Source: Mantamonas sphyraenae STR306
Taxonomy: Eukaryota; Protista; CRuMs
Direction: 5' to 3'
NCBI GenBank assembly: GCA_026936335.1
Contig: JAPMXV010000043.1
Coordinates: forward strand, 248,001 to 312,000
DNA: 64,000 nt
Shown: positions 33,198 through 44,532 of the stretch, piece after piece
Layout of the letters: every line of letters begins with the position of its first letter
How positions within the stretch are numbered: position 1 is the first letter of the stretch
The notes under the pieces: model-generated
Seen by the model: only the letters and a program-made list of their open reading frames with translations
What the model was told of the DNA's origin: nothing
The model's database searches: none
Program-made: the position numbers and the translations under genes

Positions 33198-36145
33198 TCA
33201 CACAGCACCACTGTCGTCCCCGCTTCCATCCGCTTCTTCGCACATTTCCTCCACGTTCAGCTCTACGGTCACCAGTTCTTCCTTCACACCAAGAATGAAC
33301 TCACTTTGACCGATGACATTCTTCTTCAAAGCCAACACATCGTCTTCCATCGCTGCCAGACGCGTGCGAACCAGTTCAATTTCGACAGCGGTCATTCCAC
33401 CATCTCCACGTTTCTGGATTTCCGTTAGCCACTCTCTCATCTGAGGCTGCTGTTTGGCCAAAAATCGGATCGCTTTGCTCTGGCTGCTGCTGGAAGCCTT
33501 CAACGATTCGGTTTCGCGTCGGAGATCGCGAAGCGCGGTTTGTACCTCCTGCCTTGCGTCTGCATCCATTTCATGCAGATGTTGACACCAGGATACATGG
33601 TCAAAATGTACTGCATCCAGAATTTTCGCCTGGTTGCCTTGAATCTGCAGCAAGGCATCCAAGATCTGAGTTTGTGTATCCGCGTTTACGCTCTGCGAGC
33701 TAACGTCCGCGCTTGTGCCTTCAGTCAAGTCCAATGATGAAGAGTCAGCCAGCGATGACTTTTTCGCACCGATGTGTACCAGGGCATCATCAAGGTTTGA
33801 AGCGGTGCGACCCAACATCTCTTCCGCCGCGTTCACGGTAGCCAAGATGGCCTCTTGCTTTGCCGTCATGTCCGCCACCATCATGATTGCGTTGTCGCGC
33901 TCCTCTTGTGCATCCTTGTACGCGTCTGGAGACTCATCCTTCAAGAAACGTCGCATGGAAACCTCGGCTTGCCGTGCTTTGTCAACTTTCCTCCCCTTCT
34001 CCAGTTCCAGACGGCGGATCTCTGCCAGCAGTGAAGTGCAGGCAGACTCCGTTGCCATCTTTGACTCGTTCTCCATGCGGTGGAGTGATTGCAATCTCAA
34101 TTCCATCTGATCCACTGCATGAGCTGTTTCCTCCATGTGCAGCTTACACAACTCCGCGAGCTCCACCAGCGCTTTGCCCAGTCCTTCATGAAGCTCACAT
34201 AGTTTACCCAGTTGTTTGCTCCACACTTTTGCCTGCCTCTTGACGGCCTCCGCGTCGGCATCGTCCAGCTCAAACTCTTGTTGTCTTAGTTCAAGGTTGC
34301 CGATGTTTTCCTCCAGCCGTTGCAGACCGTGTGCGTATCGTTTGCCATCGTCATCAATGTCTTTGGCGTGAATCAAAACCGTTTCTCGCAGATTGAGGGC
34401 CATACTCCCAAGCCAAAGGCCGGGAGAAGAAGCTGGAACTCCAAGGGCTGCCTCCGACCACACACTTCCCCACTCCTGCGCAGCGTTTGCGTACGCCTCT
34501 TCACGCATCGATGTTGCGTTTTGTGCCCTGTTTAAGCACAGGTTTACAATGTCCATACTCGTTTGTAGCTCAGCCTCCCGCGCTCTGCTTTTCGATATCA
34601 TGGAATCTGCCCTTTGTCGTCTCTCCACGGCATGCGTGTGTGTCACAATCAACCGTTCCAGTTCTTCTCGATTCGTGTCCGCAAACACCTGAAAGCGGTG
34701 TTTGGCAGTTGTACACGCTGCGCTCAGTACCGCCCGGGCTTGTGCACATTGCTGAGCAGAGCCGCTCTTCACTTTGCTCAGCACCCGATGGTGAATCACA
34801 CCAACATTCTCACCCTGTAGAATAGCGCTCAAGTTGTTCACTAATGAGGATGAGTCGGACATGGGCAAAGAATGCGCACTCTGCTGCAGGACCTCCACCA
34901 CATCTTGCACATCCGCTTGCTGAGACTCTGGGCCAAACGCATCCAGTGCCGTACCCAAGTCCAGGATCCACTCCAATCCCGCCACGAAGGAGGCACAGGT
35001 GGCTGAAGTTGAATCAACCCAGCCGACACTGGAGAACGCTGAGACGAGAGCATCGTTGCCACATTCTGTGGCCAAGTCCATCGGGCTCCGTTTGTAGCCA
35101 CTCGGACGAGTGTGCGCATTGGCACCGTGATCCAACAGCCATCGACATAGTTCCTCGGATCCACTCGCCGCAGCCAAATGAAGGGGGGTGGTTTTCAGGT
35201 CTGGCCAAGTGTTCACGGACACCCCCCAATCAAGCAGCTCCTGCATTTTCACCAGGTCTGCATCACGGGTTGCTTTCAAGAGAGCGTTTGCGTGCACCTT
35301 GTTGCGCATGGTGGCTTTCTTGAGCACGCTGTCGCTGACACCAACGACAATCCAACAGGTTCTGTTGCTTTCAACGCCGGAACCCAAGGCTTCCGCCCCT
35401 TTTGCCTGGATTTCGTTCTTCTTCAACTCCAGCCGTTGCAACGAGCTGTTCTCTGAAATTCCCACACCCAATGCTGCTGCTCCTTCACACCCGATGTGGT
35501 TGCTGTTCAGGTCAAGGCGCTGGAGCGTCTGGTTGCAGCCTAAGCCCTTCCCCAAAGCTGTGCAGCCGATATCTCCAATCACATTCCCTGTGAGGTCTAA
35601 CCAATGCAGTGTCATGTTTTGTGACAGTGTTTGACCCAACGCTGTCGTACCTTCGTCCTCAATCTGGTTGTGGTTGACTTGCAAGACACACAGGGTTGTG
35701 TTCGAACGCAACGCTTGTGCCAAGGCGACTGTCCCTTGATTTCCAATGTGGTTGCCGTTCAAGTTCAGTTTCTGAACGGTGTTGTTCACCACAAGTGCTT
35801 TCCCGAGGGCTGCAGCACCTACGCTTCCAATGTGGGCGTTTCGCAAATCGACGTCGTGTAGAGTTTCGTTCTGCGTGAGCACCTGGGCGAGAGCAGCTGC
35901 ACCCTGGTCTCCGACATCGTTTCCATCCAGGTCCAGTATTTTCAATGTCTTGTTGAGCGATAGAGCGTGACACAGAATCTTGAAGCCGGTGATGCTAACG
36001 CCAAGTCGATGCAGCGCAAGGACCTGTGCCCTCTCAAAAGTTAGCTTGGGACTGCAGCAAACACCCACACCCACTTGCCTCCGTCACAACCATACCTCGC
36101 CAGCTCCTTGTACAGCCTCTCCCAATTCTTCCACATCTCCTGCAT
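33198..36145 (-). CDS. RI-like LRR (about 8 repeats) + ankyrin (2-3) + long coiled-coil protein. Exons 36145-36096 and 36030-33198.
   Basis: NxTLxxLxLxxNxIGxxGA repeats, TPLHLAAASGSEELCRWLLDHGA. A 65-nt intron GTATGG..GCTAAC..AG links MQEMWKNWERLYKELA to RAQVLAL. Confidence 0.85.
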
Positions 36146-36416
36146 CGTCAATGAGTGCTCTCCACTGCTCGCTCGAACGATCAACCATACTGCTTCTGCG
36201 TTCCCACGAGCGTTAGCTCGCTCTCTGGTCGGTCTGTTCAACCAATGGTATCACAGGGACAACTCTGTGCACCAGTGTCATACGTTGGCATTCGAAACAA
36301 CTCACGCAACGAAAGAATTTGTTTTTACGATTGGTAATCGCAACGCGTCGCTCCTCCGCGCGTGGCATACCAATTCAGTCGTCCTCCCCTCTGCGAAGGA
36401 CAATACAAAACGGTTC

Positions 36417-37283
36417 ATGGACAACGACCAACAGCTGAACGTGAACCTTCTTCCTGGTGACAACAGCGATGAAGAGTTGCTCAACTTTGTCGAACAGGAG
36501 GACGCACCAGTGCCTGACAGCATCGATGAATCATGGACTTCACGAAGGGAACAGAACACAGTAGATGATCACACGGTTGTCATTGCTTCGGAGAACATCA
36601 CCGAGCACATGCGCAAGCAGATCTATGGCGAAAACACCATAGAACAAAGGCTACACTTCTCGCACAAGCTCGCACACGATCGATTTCAGGGTCGAAACTG
36701 GCTGCTGTACTTGCTCCTGCTCGGCGGTGGGATTCCCTGCATATGGTTTAGTTTACCGAATGATTGTGGTCCGAATATGAACCTGAACTGGAGCGTTGGA
36801 ATCCTTGTCGTTGTGGCGTTGTTGTGCTCTGCGTTCTGGTTCAGGCTTTACAAAAGGGCACCCAAGCAGTTCTACCGTCAGCGTGTTGTCAAACACACTT
36901 TTCCTGACGTCATTGTTGCTGCAGGGATCTCGGGGACGGGAACAACGGTGACGTTGACAAACGGGCGATTGGTCCACAGAAGCTCGTCGCTCACGGTCTC
37001 CGTCGAGAGCGATGGTCTGATCCGCAAATGTCACCGCCTGCATATTATCACGTGCTTGATTATTGCTATCTGCGCGGTGACATCGGCTGTGATGTTCCCC
37101 CTCACTGAGACAGCCACCGTCGACACCTGGGGTGACCCGATATGCAACTCTGCTGGAATCGCCTTCATTCCAATGTGTGTGGGTGTTGGCCTTACCTACG
37201 TGCTTCTTTACGTGGCGTTCCTTTATGTGCTGAAAACCCGACAAAAAGAATTTGGATGGACGACGAGTGTTGTCAAGACCTGA
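36417..37283 (+). CDS. Uncharacterised 4-TM membrane protein, divergent paralogue (288 aa)
   Basis: Shares LLP.DN, W..RR..N, R.Q..GE, I.AA.I.G.....TLTN..LVH and terminal FGW with the 292-aa proteins. Confidence 0.8.
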   Translation: MDNDQQLNVNLLPGDNSDEELLNFVEQEDAPVPDSIDESWTSRREQNTVDDHTVVIASENITEHMRKQIYGENTIEQRLHFSHKLAHDRFQGRNWLLYLLLLGGGIPCIWFSLPNDCGPNMNLNWSVGILVVVALLCSAFWFRLYKRAPKQFYRQRVVKHTFPDVIVAAGISGTGTTVTLTNGRLVHRSSSLTVSVESDGLIRKCHRLHIITCLIIAICAVTSAVMFPLTETATVDTWGDPICNSAGIAFIPMCVGVGLTYVLLYVAFLYVLKTRQKEFGWTTSVVKT

Positions 37284-37373
37284 CAGGGAGGGAACCCCGA
37301 ATCTTCCACCATCAATGCCAACAAGTGCACACTGCAAGAAAAACTGTTGCATGTGGCAGCAATCTCAAACCCT

Positions 37374-37787
37374 TCATTCCAATTCTGCCTCCAACTTCTT
37401 GATGGTGCGTGCGGTGCGCGTCCACTTGCTCTTCCAGCGACGGAGACGTGCATCGATGCGTGCGAGCTTGGCACGCAGACGCGCACACGAGGTGCGCTTT
37501 GCGGTAGTGCTGCACTCTGCATTGGCAAGGCGCTTGTGCAAGCGAGCCTTGCGGTTGATGAGTCGCAGGCGGCGGTGAGCACGGCGTTGCTGCTTACCCC
37601 ACAGCGTGTGCACGTGGACCACCTTGTCCACACGAGCAGCCTTGGCACGCGCGTGCATCAGACGGCGCCCTGCATAGAGCGATCGCTTGCTTGCAGCGCG
37701 GAACTTGTCCGCTGCACGACGCAGCTCCTGCGACGCAGCTGCGTTGGTGGTGTTGATGATGGGTGTCTTGTTGTTGTCAATGTTGCT

Positions 37788-37820
<33 letters not shown>

Positions 37821-40800
37821 GATGATGCGGTTCCTGCGCGCAAACACACGCTGGAGCTGGCGACGACGGCGACGCAGGCGCCAGTGAGCACGTCGCTTCT
37901 CGCGCACAAACTGCCGTCCCACGGTGCCATCGACCGCCTGCACGAGACGCGCACGACGCAGCACACGCGCACGGTCTGCCTCAACGCTTCGCTGCAGACG
38001 CACAACTGCATCGTTGCTGCGCTGCGCCCTGCGCATGGAACGGCGCATGAGACGCTGGGCGTGGCGTGTGGCACGACGCAGGCGCGCCTTCATCACGGGT
38101 GAGTTGGGCGCACGCACGTTGTGCACAAGGGCACGCACGTGGCGAGAGGACAGGCGACGTTTGCGCAGACGGGCGGCGACACCTGCTCGCACACGCACGA
38201 TGGCCTTCCGACGACGACGCTGGCGCAGAGCACGTGCCAGCTGGCGACGGTGGCGTGCCAGGCGACGTTCGCTCTCGTTCAGGTGCTCGTGGGTCAGGCG
38301 ACGCGTGGCGCGAAGGCGTCCGTGCAGCAGGTTACGCAGTCGTGCGTAGCGCATTTGCAGACGCGTCACGCGACGCATGCGACGCATGGGTTGGTGTGAC
38401 GCCAGGCGGCGCGTCAGACTGGCCATGTGACGACCTGCGCCACGCGACGCCGCAAGCGAACCCGTGCCCAGCGACTTGCGCAACGCACGCGCATACAACG
38501 CAAAGTCTCGTCGTGCCCCACGGCGTGTCTTGCCACTGGCACGACGCACGCGGCGACGCAATGCATGCAGACGCTTGCGCAGCAGAGCCACCGATGTGCG
38601 ATCTGCACGCAGCCGTTGCTTCCAGCTGTGGTCCATGCGCTTGCGCAGCACGCCCATGCGACGACGCAGGCCCGTGCAACGCACCATGCGCACACGCAGG
38701 TTGCTGTATCGCGGCTTCTTGGACGCACTGCTGCTGCTGCTGCTCGACGGCGATGCCTCATCGGACACCTCCTCCGCAACAGCTCGCAACGATCCCTTGC
38801 CACCACGGATGGCCTGGCGCAGGTGGCGTCGCAGGCGTCGGTGTTCACGACGTGTGGCGCTGTAGCGGCGACGCAGACGTGCGTAACGAGCGCGTGCGCG
38901 GCGACGCATGCGACGCGCGTGACGCAAGGAGCGGCGCAGGCGACGTGCGCGGATGCGACGCAGAGCGCGGCGCGAGACGAGACGCTTGGCAGGACGCAGC
39001 TGGGTGCTCACGAGCTGCATGACACGTGCGCCATCGGCAGAGCGGCGGGTCAGGCGTTGGATCTTGGGTGCACGTGCACGCAGCACGGTGGCCTTGGCTT
39101 CCACCTGTCCCTTGCCGTGGACCGCACGTGCAGCCTGGGTGCGTGCGTTCTGCATGCGACCCACCACACGCGCCGCCTTGGCCACACGCACAGCCAACGC
39201 GTCGGCACTGCGCTTGGCTTCGTTCAGCTTGCGTTCGGCAACCAGCAGACGTTGCTGCAGGCGACGGCGACGGTGCACCGACACGCGACGGCGTGCCTCG
39301 TGTGCCGATCGCCCACGGCCCAAGCGACGCACCACACGGCCCAGTGCAGCCACACGGCGTGCGGTCGCAGCCTGGCGACGCGACGCGGCACGCAGGCGAC
39401 GGCGTGCGCGACGCAACGATCCGCGCTGGCGGCGGCGCTCCTCGCGTTCCACCGTACGGCGTGCGCTCAGATGGGTGGCCAGCACGCGCTGTTGCACGCG
39501 GCGCAGGGAACGCATGCGACGGCGCAGGCGACGTGCGCGACGTCGGCTGTGGGTTCGACCAAGACGAGCACGTGCGCTCGCCAGGCGGCGGTTGGCACGT
39601 GTCATCTGCTTGCGCATCAGTCCGCTGAGGTCCTGCACGCGTGCACGCAGCTTGGCCATTGCACGTGCGCTGGCGCTCTTGTACGCATTTGCGCTGCGGC
39701 TCTTGATCGTCGCACGGCGTGTGCGCAGACGTGCCTCACGCTTGCTCAGTGCTGCCAGACGCTTCTTCAACGCTGCCAATGTGGAGGCCTTGCCCTTGCT
39801 GTTGCTGTTGCTCTCCAGCGCACTCACGCGCGTTTGCAACTTGCCCTTGCGTGTCGCCAGTGCGGCCAGGCGACGGTCCATCATCTGCACACGCAGACGC
39901 ACGGTGCGCTGGTGACGCTCGCTGACCACCAGGCGGCGGCGAAGCAGACGCACACGCGCCTGCAGCAACGTACGCTGCAGGGTGCGCACACGCTGCACGC
40001 GTCGGTTGTACACACGACGCACACGCTGCAGAGCACGCGTGCGTGCCATGCTGCGACGGATGCTGGCACGGTGCTTGCGTCCCGGACGTGTCACACTCAG
40101 CGCCTTGCGTGCAGCACGCACACGTCGCAGATAGGTCTTGGCCGCACGCACCTGTGCCTGCAGCGCACTCACAAGTGCATTGCTGCGTCCGCGTGCAAGC
40201 GCACCCGCACGTCGTGCAGCACGCGTCTCGCGACGCACACGCCGCTTGCGCTGGCGGAAGCGCAACACACGTCGTTGGCTGCGCAGGCGGCTCTCGCGTC
40301 CTTCCAGCGCTGCAAACTGGGCCTTTGCACGTCGGCTGTGACGGCGTGCAGCAGCCACACGTTCTCGCAGCTCACCGATCTGTGTGTTGATCTGCGCCTG
40401 CGCAGACGCACTCTTGTGTGTGCCCGACGCCATGAGACGCGGCACGCGTGCTTGCAGACGTCGCGCAAGCTTGGCAAAGCTCAGGCGACGCCGGCGCAGC
40501 GCACGTCGGTGGCGGCTCACGTGGTGCAGCATGCCCGTCACAAACGCCTTGTGGGAACGCGTGTGGCGCCGTTCCGCAATGTGTTGGCGCGCACGGCGCA
40601 CCTCGGCGCGCTTCTGTGCGTCCAGCACACGACGCCACGCCTTTTTCATCGCCAAACTGTTGGCACGCAGACTGTGCAGGGCCGTGCGCACGTCGGCGCG
40701 ACGCAGGCGACGTTCCTTGCTCAGGCGCATCGAACGACCGCGCACGCGGCCCAGCAGACGCGCAGCCACGCGGTGGTTGCGTCGCTCTGCACGCAGCGCA

Positions 40801-41840
40801 CGGCGCGCACGCACACGCTGGCGACGCACACGGCGCAACACACGCCCTGTGTCCAGCATACGTGCGCGCAGGCGCATCATACGTTCCAGACTGCGCACGC
40901 GTGCCTTGACACGCAGCATGCGCATAGCCTGCACCTTGGCCTTGGCACGCGCCTCCCGCACCGCCTGATGATTGCGCGGCACAATCACTTCTTCGGTCAT
41001 CACCGCGTTGGGTCCCACGCGCTGTGTGCGTGTCATCTTGCGCACAGACGCGTTGGCCTCCGTGTACATCTTCTTGGCCACAGCAAGCTCCTTCACAGCC
41101 TCCTTCAGCAGCTTCTTGACATCCTCCGCCAGAGCACCAGCACCCTTGCTCATGCCCTTGGTTGTCTTTTGCTTCAGCTTGCGCTGGCGCTTGCCTGCGC
41201 CACGTCGCCGAGAGCGTCGCACACGCATGCTGCGTCTTGTGCTACTGCTCTTGTTCCTCGTCACGCGCATAGTCGTCTTGACGCCCATGCGGCGCTGCAT
41301 GCGCTTGATACGCCGTGCCTGGCGTGCACGCACACGTCGCAGACGTTGCACGCGACGCGCCACACGCTTCGCAAGGATGTGTGCTCGCTTCGTCTTGCTT
41401 GCGCCATGTTCCGTGCGCTTGAGACCCGCGTACTGCTTCTCACACTTGCTCAGCCTTTGCAGCACCATCATGTGTCGTGTGCGAAGTCGATCAAGCGCAG
41501 CCCTCTGGCCGCGCTTGCGCTGCGCACGCGCTGCCTGCAGGCTACGTGTTGCTGCAGCAAGGTTGCGCTCCATGGTGCCTTCCAGCTTCTCCAGACGTTT
41601 CAGCGTCGGCTTCATCTCCTTCAGCCGGCGCATGAGCGACGACGGCGCACGCACGCGTGAGCTTGCCCCGCCGTTTGCCACCGCGTCGTCCTCAGACTCC
41701 ACCTCGGCAAACATGTCCTGCGTAGGCATCTCATCCGCACTGTCCACATCGCTCTCATCGCTGCTGTACGGCATAGCCGCTGCCTGCGCCGTCATGGCGC
41801 CCAGCAGACACAGCAGCAGGGTAAGCACAAAGACACGCAT
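37374..41840 (-). CDS. Secreted, extremely Arg-rich helical protein (1488 aa)
   Basis: Signal peptide MRVFVLTLLLCLLGAMTAQA, then a short acidic segment, then about 1430 aa dominated by R/A/L/V. Uninterrupted 4.5-kb ORF with biased CGT/CGC codons. Confidence 0.8.
37790..37821. repeat. (GTT)n microsatellite encoding poly-Asn in the Arg-rich protein
   Basis: Directly visible. Confidence 0.9.
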
Positions 41841-42525
41841 TTTTTTCCCGGTTGCTTCTTCCGTTTGGGGCTGAAACACGTTGGTTCGGTCTATACATCC
41901 AGCGCCACCGTACCGTCACATCCCCGCCCGCCCAGTGTGTGTCCACGCGTGTGTGATGGCCGTGTCTCCGTGTCAGTTGACTCCTCCTTGCACGTGTTCA
42001 CGCCGACCAAACGCCCAGAGGAAAACGGCGGCGCTGATTTCGCCTCCCGCTTGCGCAAAAAAAAAAGACCACCTGCACAACGCCACACACGTTGTGCCGT
42101 GCCATGCAACCACATCCACATCCATGCACACACTCATGCAACCATGGTTGGCCATGTCGCCTGTCTCCTGCATACATTCCTGTCGCCCACGCGCTCATTT
42201 TCCAACGTGCCACGCGGACTCGGCCCACGCGCCTACCATCCCCGCCCTAGGCAAATGCCACCTGCGCAGGTGCCACCATGCACGGATGTCTACCCATCAC
42301 GCCCTCGCCCCATCTATGCCCCCGGACACACATGCCGTGGGAAGCACAGCCCACACCGCAATCACCCACCTTTGAGACTCAGGAAAGGAAAGATGTTGTC
42401 GTTTCTTCTTTGGGAGTGCCACTCAGGTTCGAGGAATGGGGTTCGCAAAGGAAACAAGCAACAAAAGGAACGAAAAGGTTGTTGTTGTTGGGGGTTTGTG
42501 TGCCTCTTGCAGCGCGTCTCCCTCT

Positions 42526-43416
42526 TCAATCTCCATCGTCTCCATCATCGGCCCACTCCACCTCCTCCCACTCGCCCATGTCACCTTCACCGTCATCGTC
42601 CTCAAACCAATCTGCAAACTCCTCCTCGTCGCCTTCGCCGCCGACACCATTCGTCTCCTCGTCGTATCCGTACAGCTCCTCCTCTTCCTCGTCCACATGC
42701 TCCAGCCATGCCTGCTGGTACTTGCGCTCCGCCTCTTCGTCAGCGTTGGTGTGTGTTCCCAGCGCCATGGCCGCCGCCGCCGCCTGCAGCTGGTCCAGAT
42801 CGTACCTGTTCCGAGTCCGCTCCAGCATCAAGTGCGCCACAAAGTTGCCTCCGTCCACCAACATCCACCCGTCGTTGTCTCCAGCCCCCTGCACACTTGG
42901 TCCTTCACTTGCGTACTCTTCCTGGTCCCACTCGCCTCCCTCCTCCCCCAGTGCCTTCCGCAGCCGTTCAGCAAGCGCACGCAGGTGACGTTCAGACGCA
43001 CCTGTGGCGATCACCACGTGGTCCATGCCCATCTGTGAGAAGGTGAGAGAGAGAGAGAGGGTTTGTGTGCGTGTGTGTGTGTCGTGTTCAATGGTTAGAG
43101 TCCGTGTCAGCCTGCTTCCTCGATTCTTCTCCTCAGCCGGCTGCCGTGTCCTCCCAACAACCCTCCCAACCACCCTTCCGCCCCGCATAGACATGGCCCC
43201 TCCACGTACATGAGACCCCTCGTAGCTGGTCACGTCAGCTGCATTCTCTTCTTCAAGCAGCTGCACAACTTTCGCCGCCTCAAGTGGCCTGTTCAGCAGC
43301 CCTGCTGCCATCCCAATCCCCCGCACCGGCATCATACCGCTATGTACACCTGCCACACTCGCCACCGTCCCATGCAGAGACACTCCTCTGGATGCACTGC
43401 TTGCACGAGAAAACAT
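42526..43416 (-). CDS. MALSU1: Mitochondrial ribosome silencing/assembly factor (RsfS/Iojap family). Exons 43416-43210 and 43032-42526.
   Basis: VIATGASERHLRALA, WMLVDGGNFVAHLM, RNRYDL. Ser/Arg-rich presequence, in-frame 177-nt GTACGT..CAG intron, acidic tail. Confidence 0.85.
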   Translation of the reverse strand: MFSRASSASRGVSLHGTVASVAGVHSGMMPVRGIGMAAGLLNRPLEAAKVVQLLEEENAADVTSYEGSHVRGGAMSMRGGRVVGRVVGRTRQPAEEKNRGSRLTRTLTIEHDTHTRTQTLSLSLTFSQMGMDHVVIATGASERHLRALAERLRKALGEEGGEWDQEEYASEGPSVQGAGDNDGWMLVDGGNFVAHLMLERTRNRYDLDQLQAAAAAMALGTHTNADEEAERKYQQAWLEHVDEEEEELYGYDEETNGVGGEGDEEEFADWFEDDDGEGDMGEWEEVEWADDGDDGD

Positions 43417-43466
43417 TGACGCTGTTCCGCGTTGCGCAAGTTCCGACACCCCTAAAAATCCACACC

Positions 43467-44393
43467 ATGAGCCAGTCGGACACCCAACTGGCTGTTCCCC
43501 TCGACGTACCAACAGACACAGAGGTGGTCATCTACCACGCACGCTGTCCCGACGGCTTCGGCGCCGCCTACGCCGCCTGGACTGTCCTGGGCGACCAGGC
43601 TGAGTACATCCCAGCGATGCACGGCGACAAACTCAAACCTTCCAAATTGAGAGGCAAAAACGTGGTCATTGCCGACTTTTCCTACAAAAAGGACGTGTTT
43701 GCCAAACTTCTGACCATGGCCAAGAGCGTCCGTGTGCTTGATCACCACATCACCGCCGAACAGGAGCTCCTGCAGGACTACAGCGACTATTGCGTCCTCG
43801 ACATGGACCGCTCCGGCGCAACCATCACCTGGAGTTGGTTCCACGACAACCAGGAGCCGCCCACCCTTCTCCGCTACATCGAAGACATGGATCTCTGGCG
43901 CTGGGCGCTCGACGGTGCCCGTGAGTGGGCCGTGGCCTTTGAGTCCGAAGAGTTGAGCTTCGAAAACATCCAACGCATTGTCGACGGAGGCGACGACGCC
44001 GTCCAGGAGCTCATCCAGCTCGGCAAGGCCCTCTCCCACTATCGCGACGCTCAGATCGCTCGCATCATCCGTACCTGTTGCGTCGAGCGCAAGCTGCGCG
44101 GATACAACGCCCTCGTCGTCAACAGCTCTCTCTGGATGAGCGACATTGGAGCGACGCTTGTTCGTGAACCGTTCAACGCCGACATTGGTGTCATCTGGTT
44201 CTACGACGCCGACAAGGGCAAGTACAAGTTTTCCCTGCGCGCACTCGACGGCGATGTCACCGACGTCAGCGCTGTCGCTGGATCCTTTGGAGGAGGCGGC
44301 CACAAGGCTGCTTCGGGCTTCCAGTGGGATGGGGCCTTTGAAGAGGTGTGGGACGTCCAGGAGAAGGACGAGACAACCGCCGAAGCCGGCTGA
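43467..44393 (+). CDS. DHH/DHHA1 phosphoesterase (nanoRNase-like)
   Basis: YHARCPDGF, DFS, LDHH, DMDRSGA, IEDMDLW, SLR, FGGGGHKAASGF. Confidence 0.9.
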   Translation: MSQSDTQLAVPLDVPTDTEVVIYHARCPDGFGAAYAAWTVLGDQAEYIPAMHGDKLKPSKLRGKNVVIADFSYKKDVFAKLLTMAKSVRVLDHHITAEQELLQDYSDYCVLDMDRSGATITWSWFHDNQEPPTLLRYIEDMDLWRWALDGAREWAVAFESEELSFENIQRIVDGGDDAVQELIQLGKALSHYRDAQIARIIRTCCVERKLRGYNALVVNSSLWMSDIGATLVREPFNADIGVIWFYDADKGKYKFSLRALDGDVTDVSAVAGSFGGGGHKAASGFQWDGAFEEVWDVQEKDETTAEAG

Positions 44394-44532
44394 TTCGCTT
44401 CCGAAACCCAAATGAACACAAACAGTTGCCACCACCACCACCACCACCATCACCAAGATCTGTGCCTCACCTCCGTCCGTCAGCCCGTCTTGCTGTCTCT
44501 TTGTCCGACTCCTCCGCCAACGAAACGCAGCC

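Larger units (their letters stand above)
29505..33298. repeat. Right arm of the 3.8-kb inverted repeat
   Basis: Reverse complement of 21518-25311. Near-identical except for a few SNPs, a divergent patch near 31103-31175 and divergent edges. Confidence 0.97.

Noticed and set aside
21518-33298. Inverted repeats as termini of a transposon, Polinton or endogenous virus
   Set aside because: No transposase, integrase, polymerase or capsid gene and no TSD. The arms cut through cellular-type genes.
33198-36145. Calling the LRR proteins NLRs
   Set aside because: No P-loop, NACHT or NB-ARC motif is visible. Only the LRR type resembles NLRC3.
38427-41660. 1077-aa plus-strand ORF
   Set aside because: It is in exact codon register antisense to the Arg-rich gene. 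It stays open because that gene avoids TTA, CTA and TCA codons, and its Thr/Ala/His content mirrors CGT/GTG.
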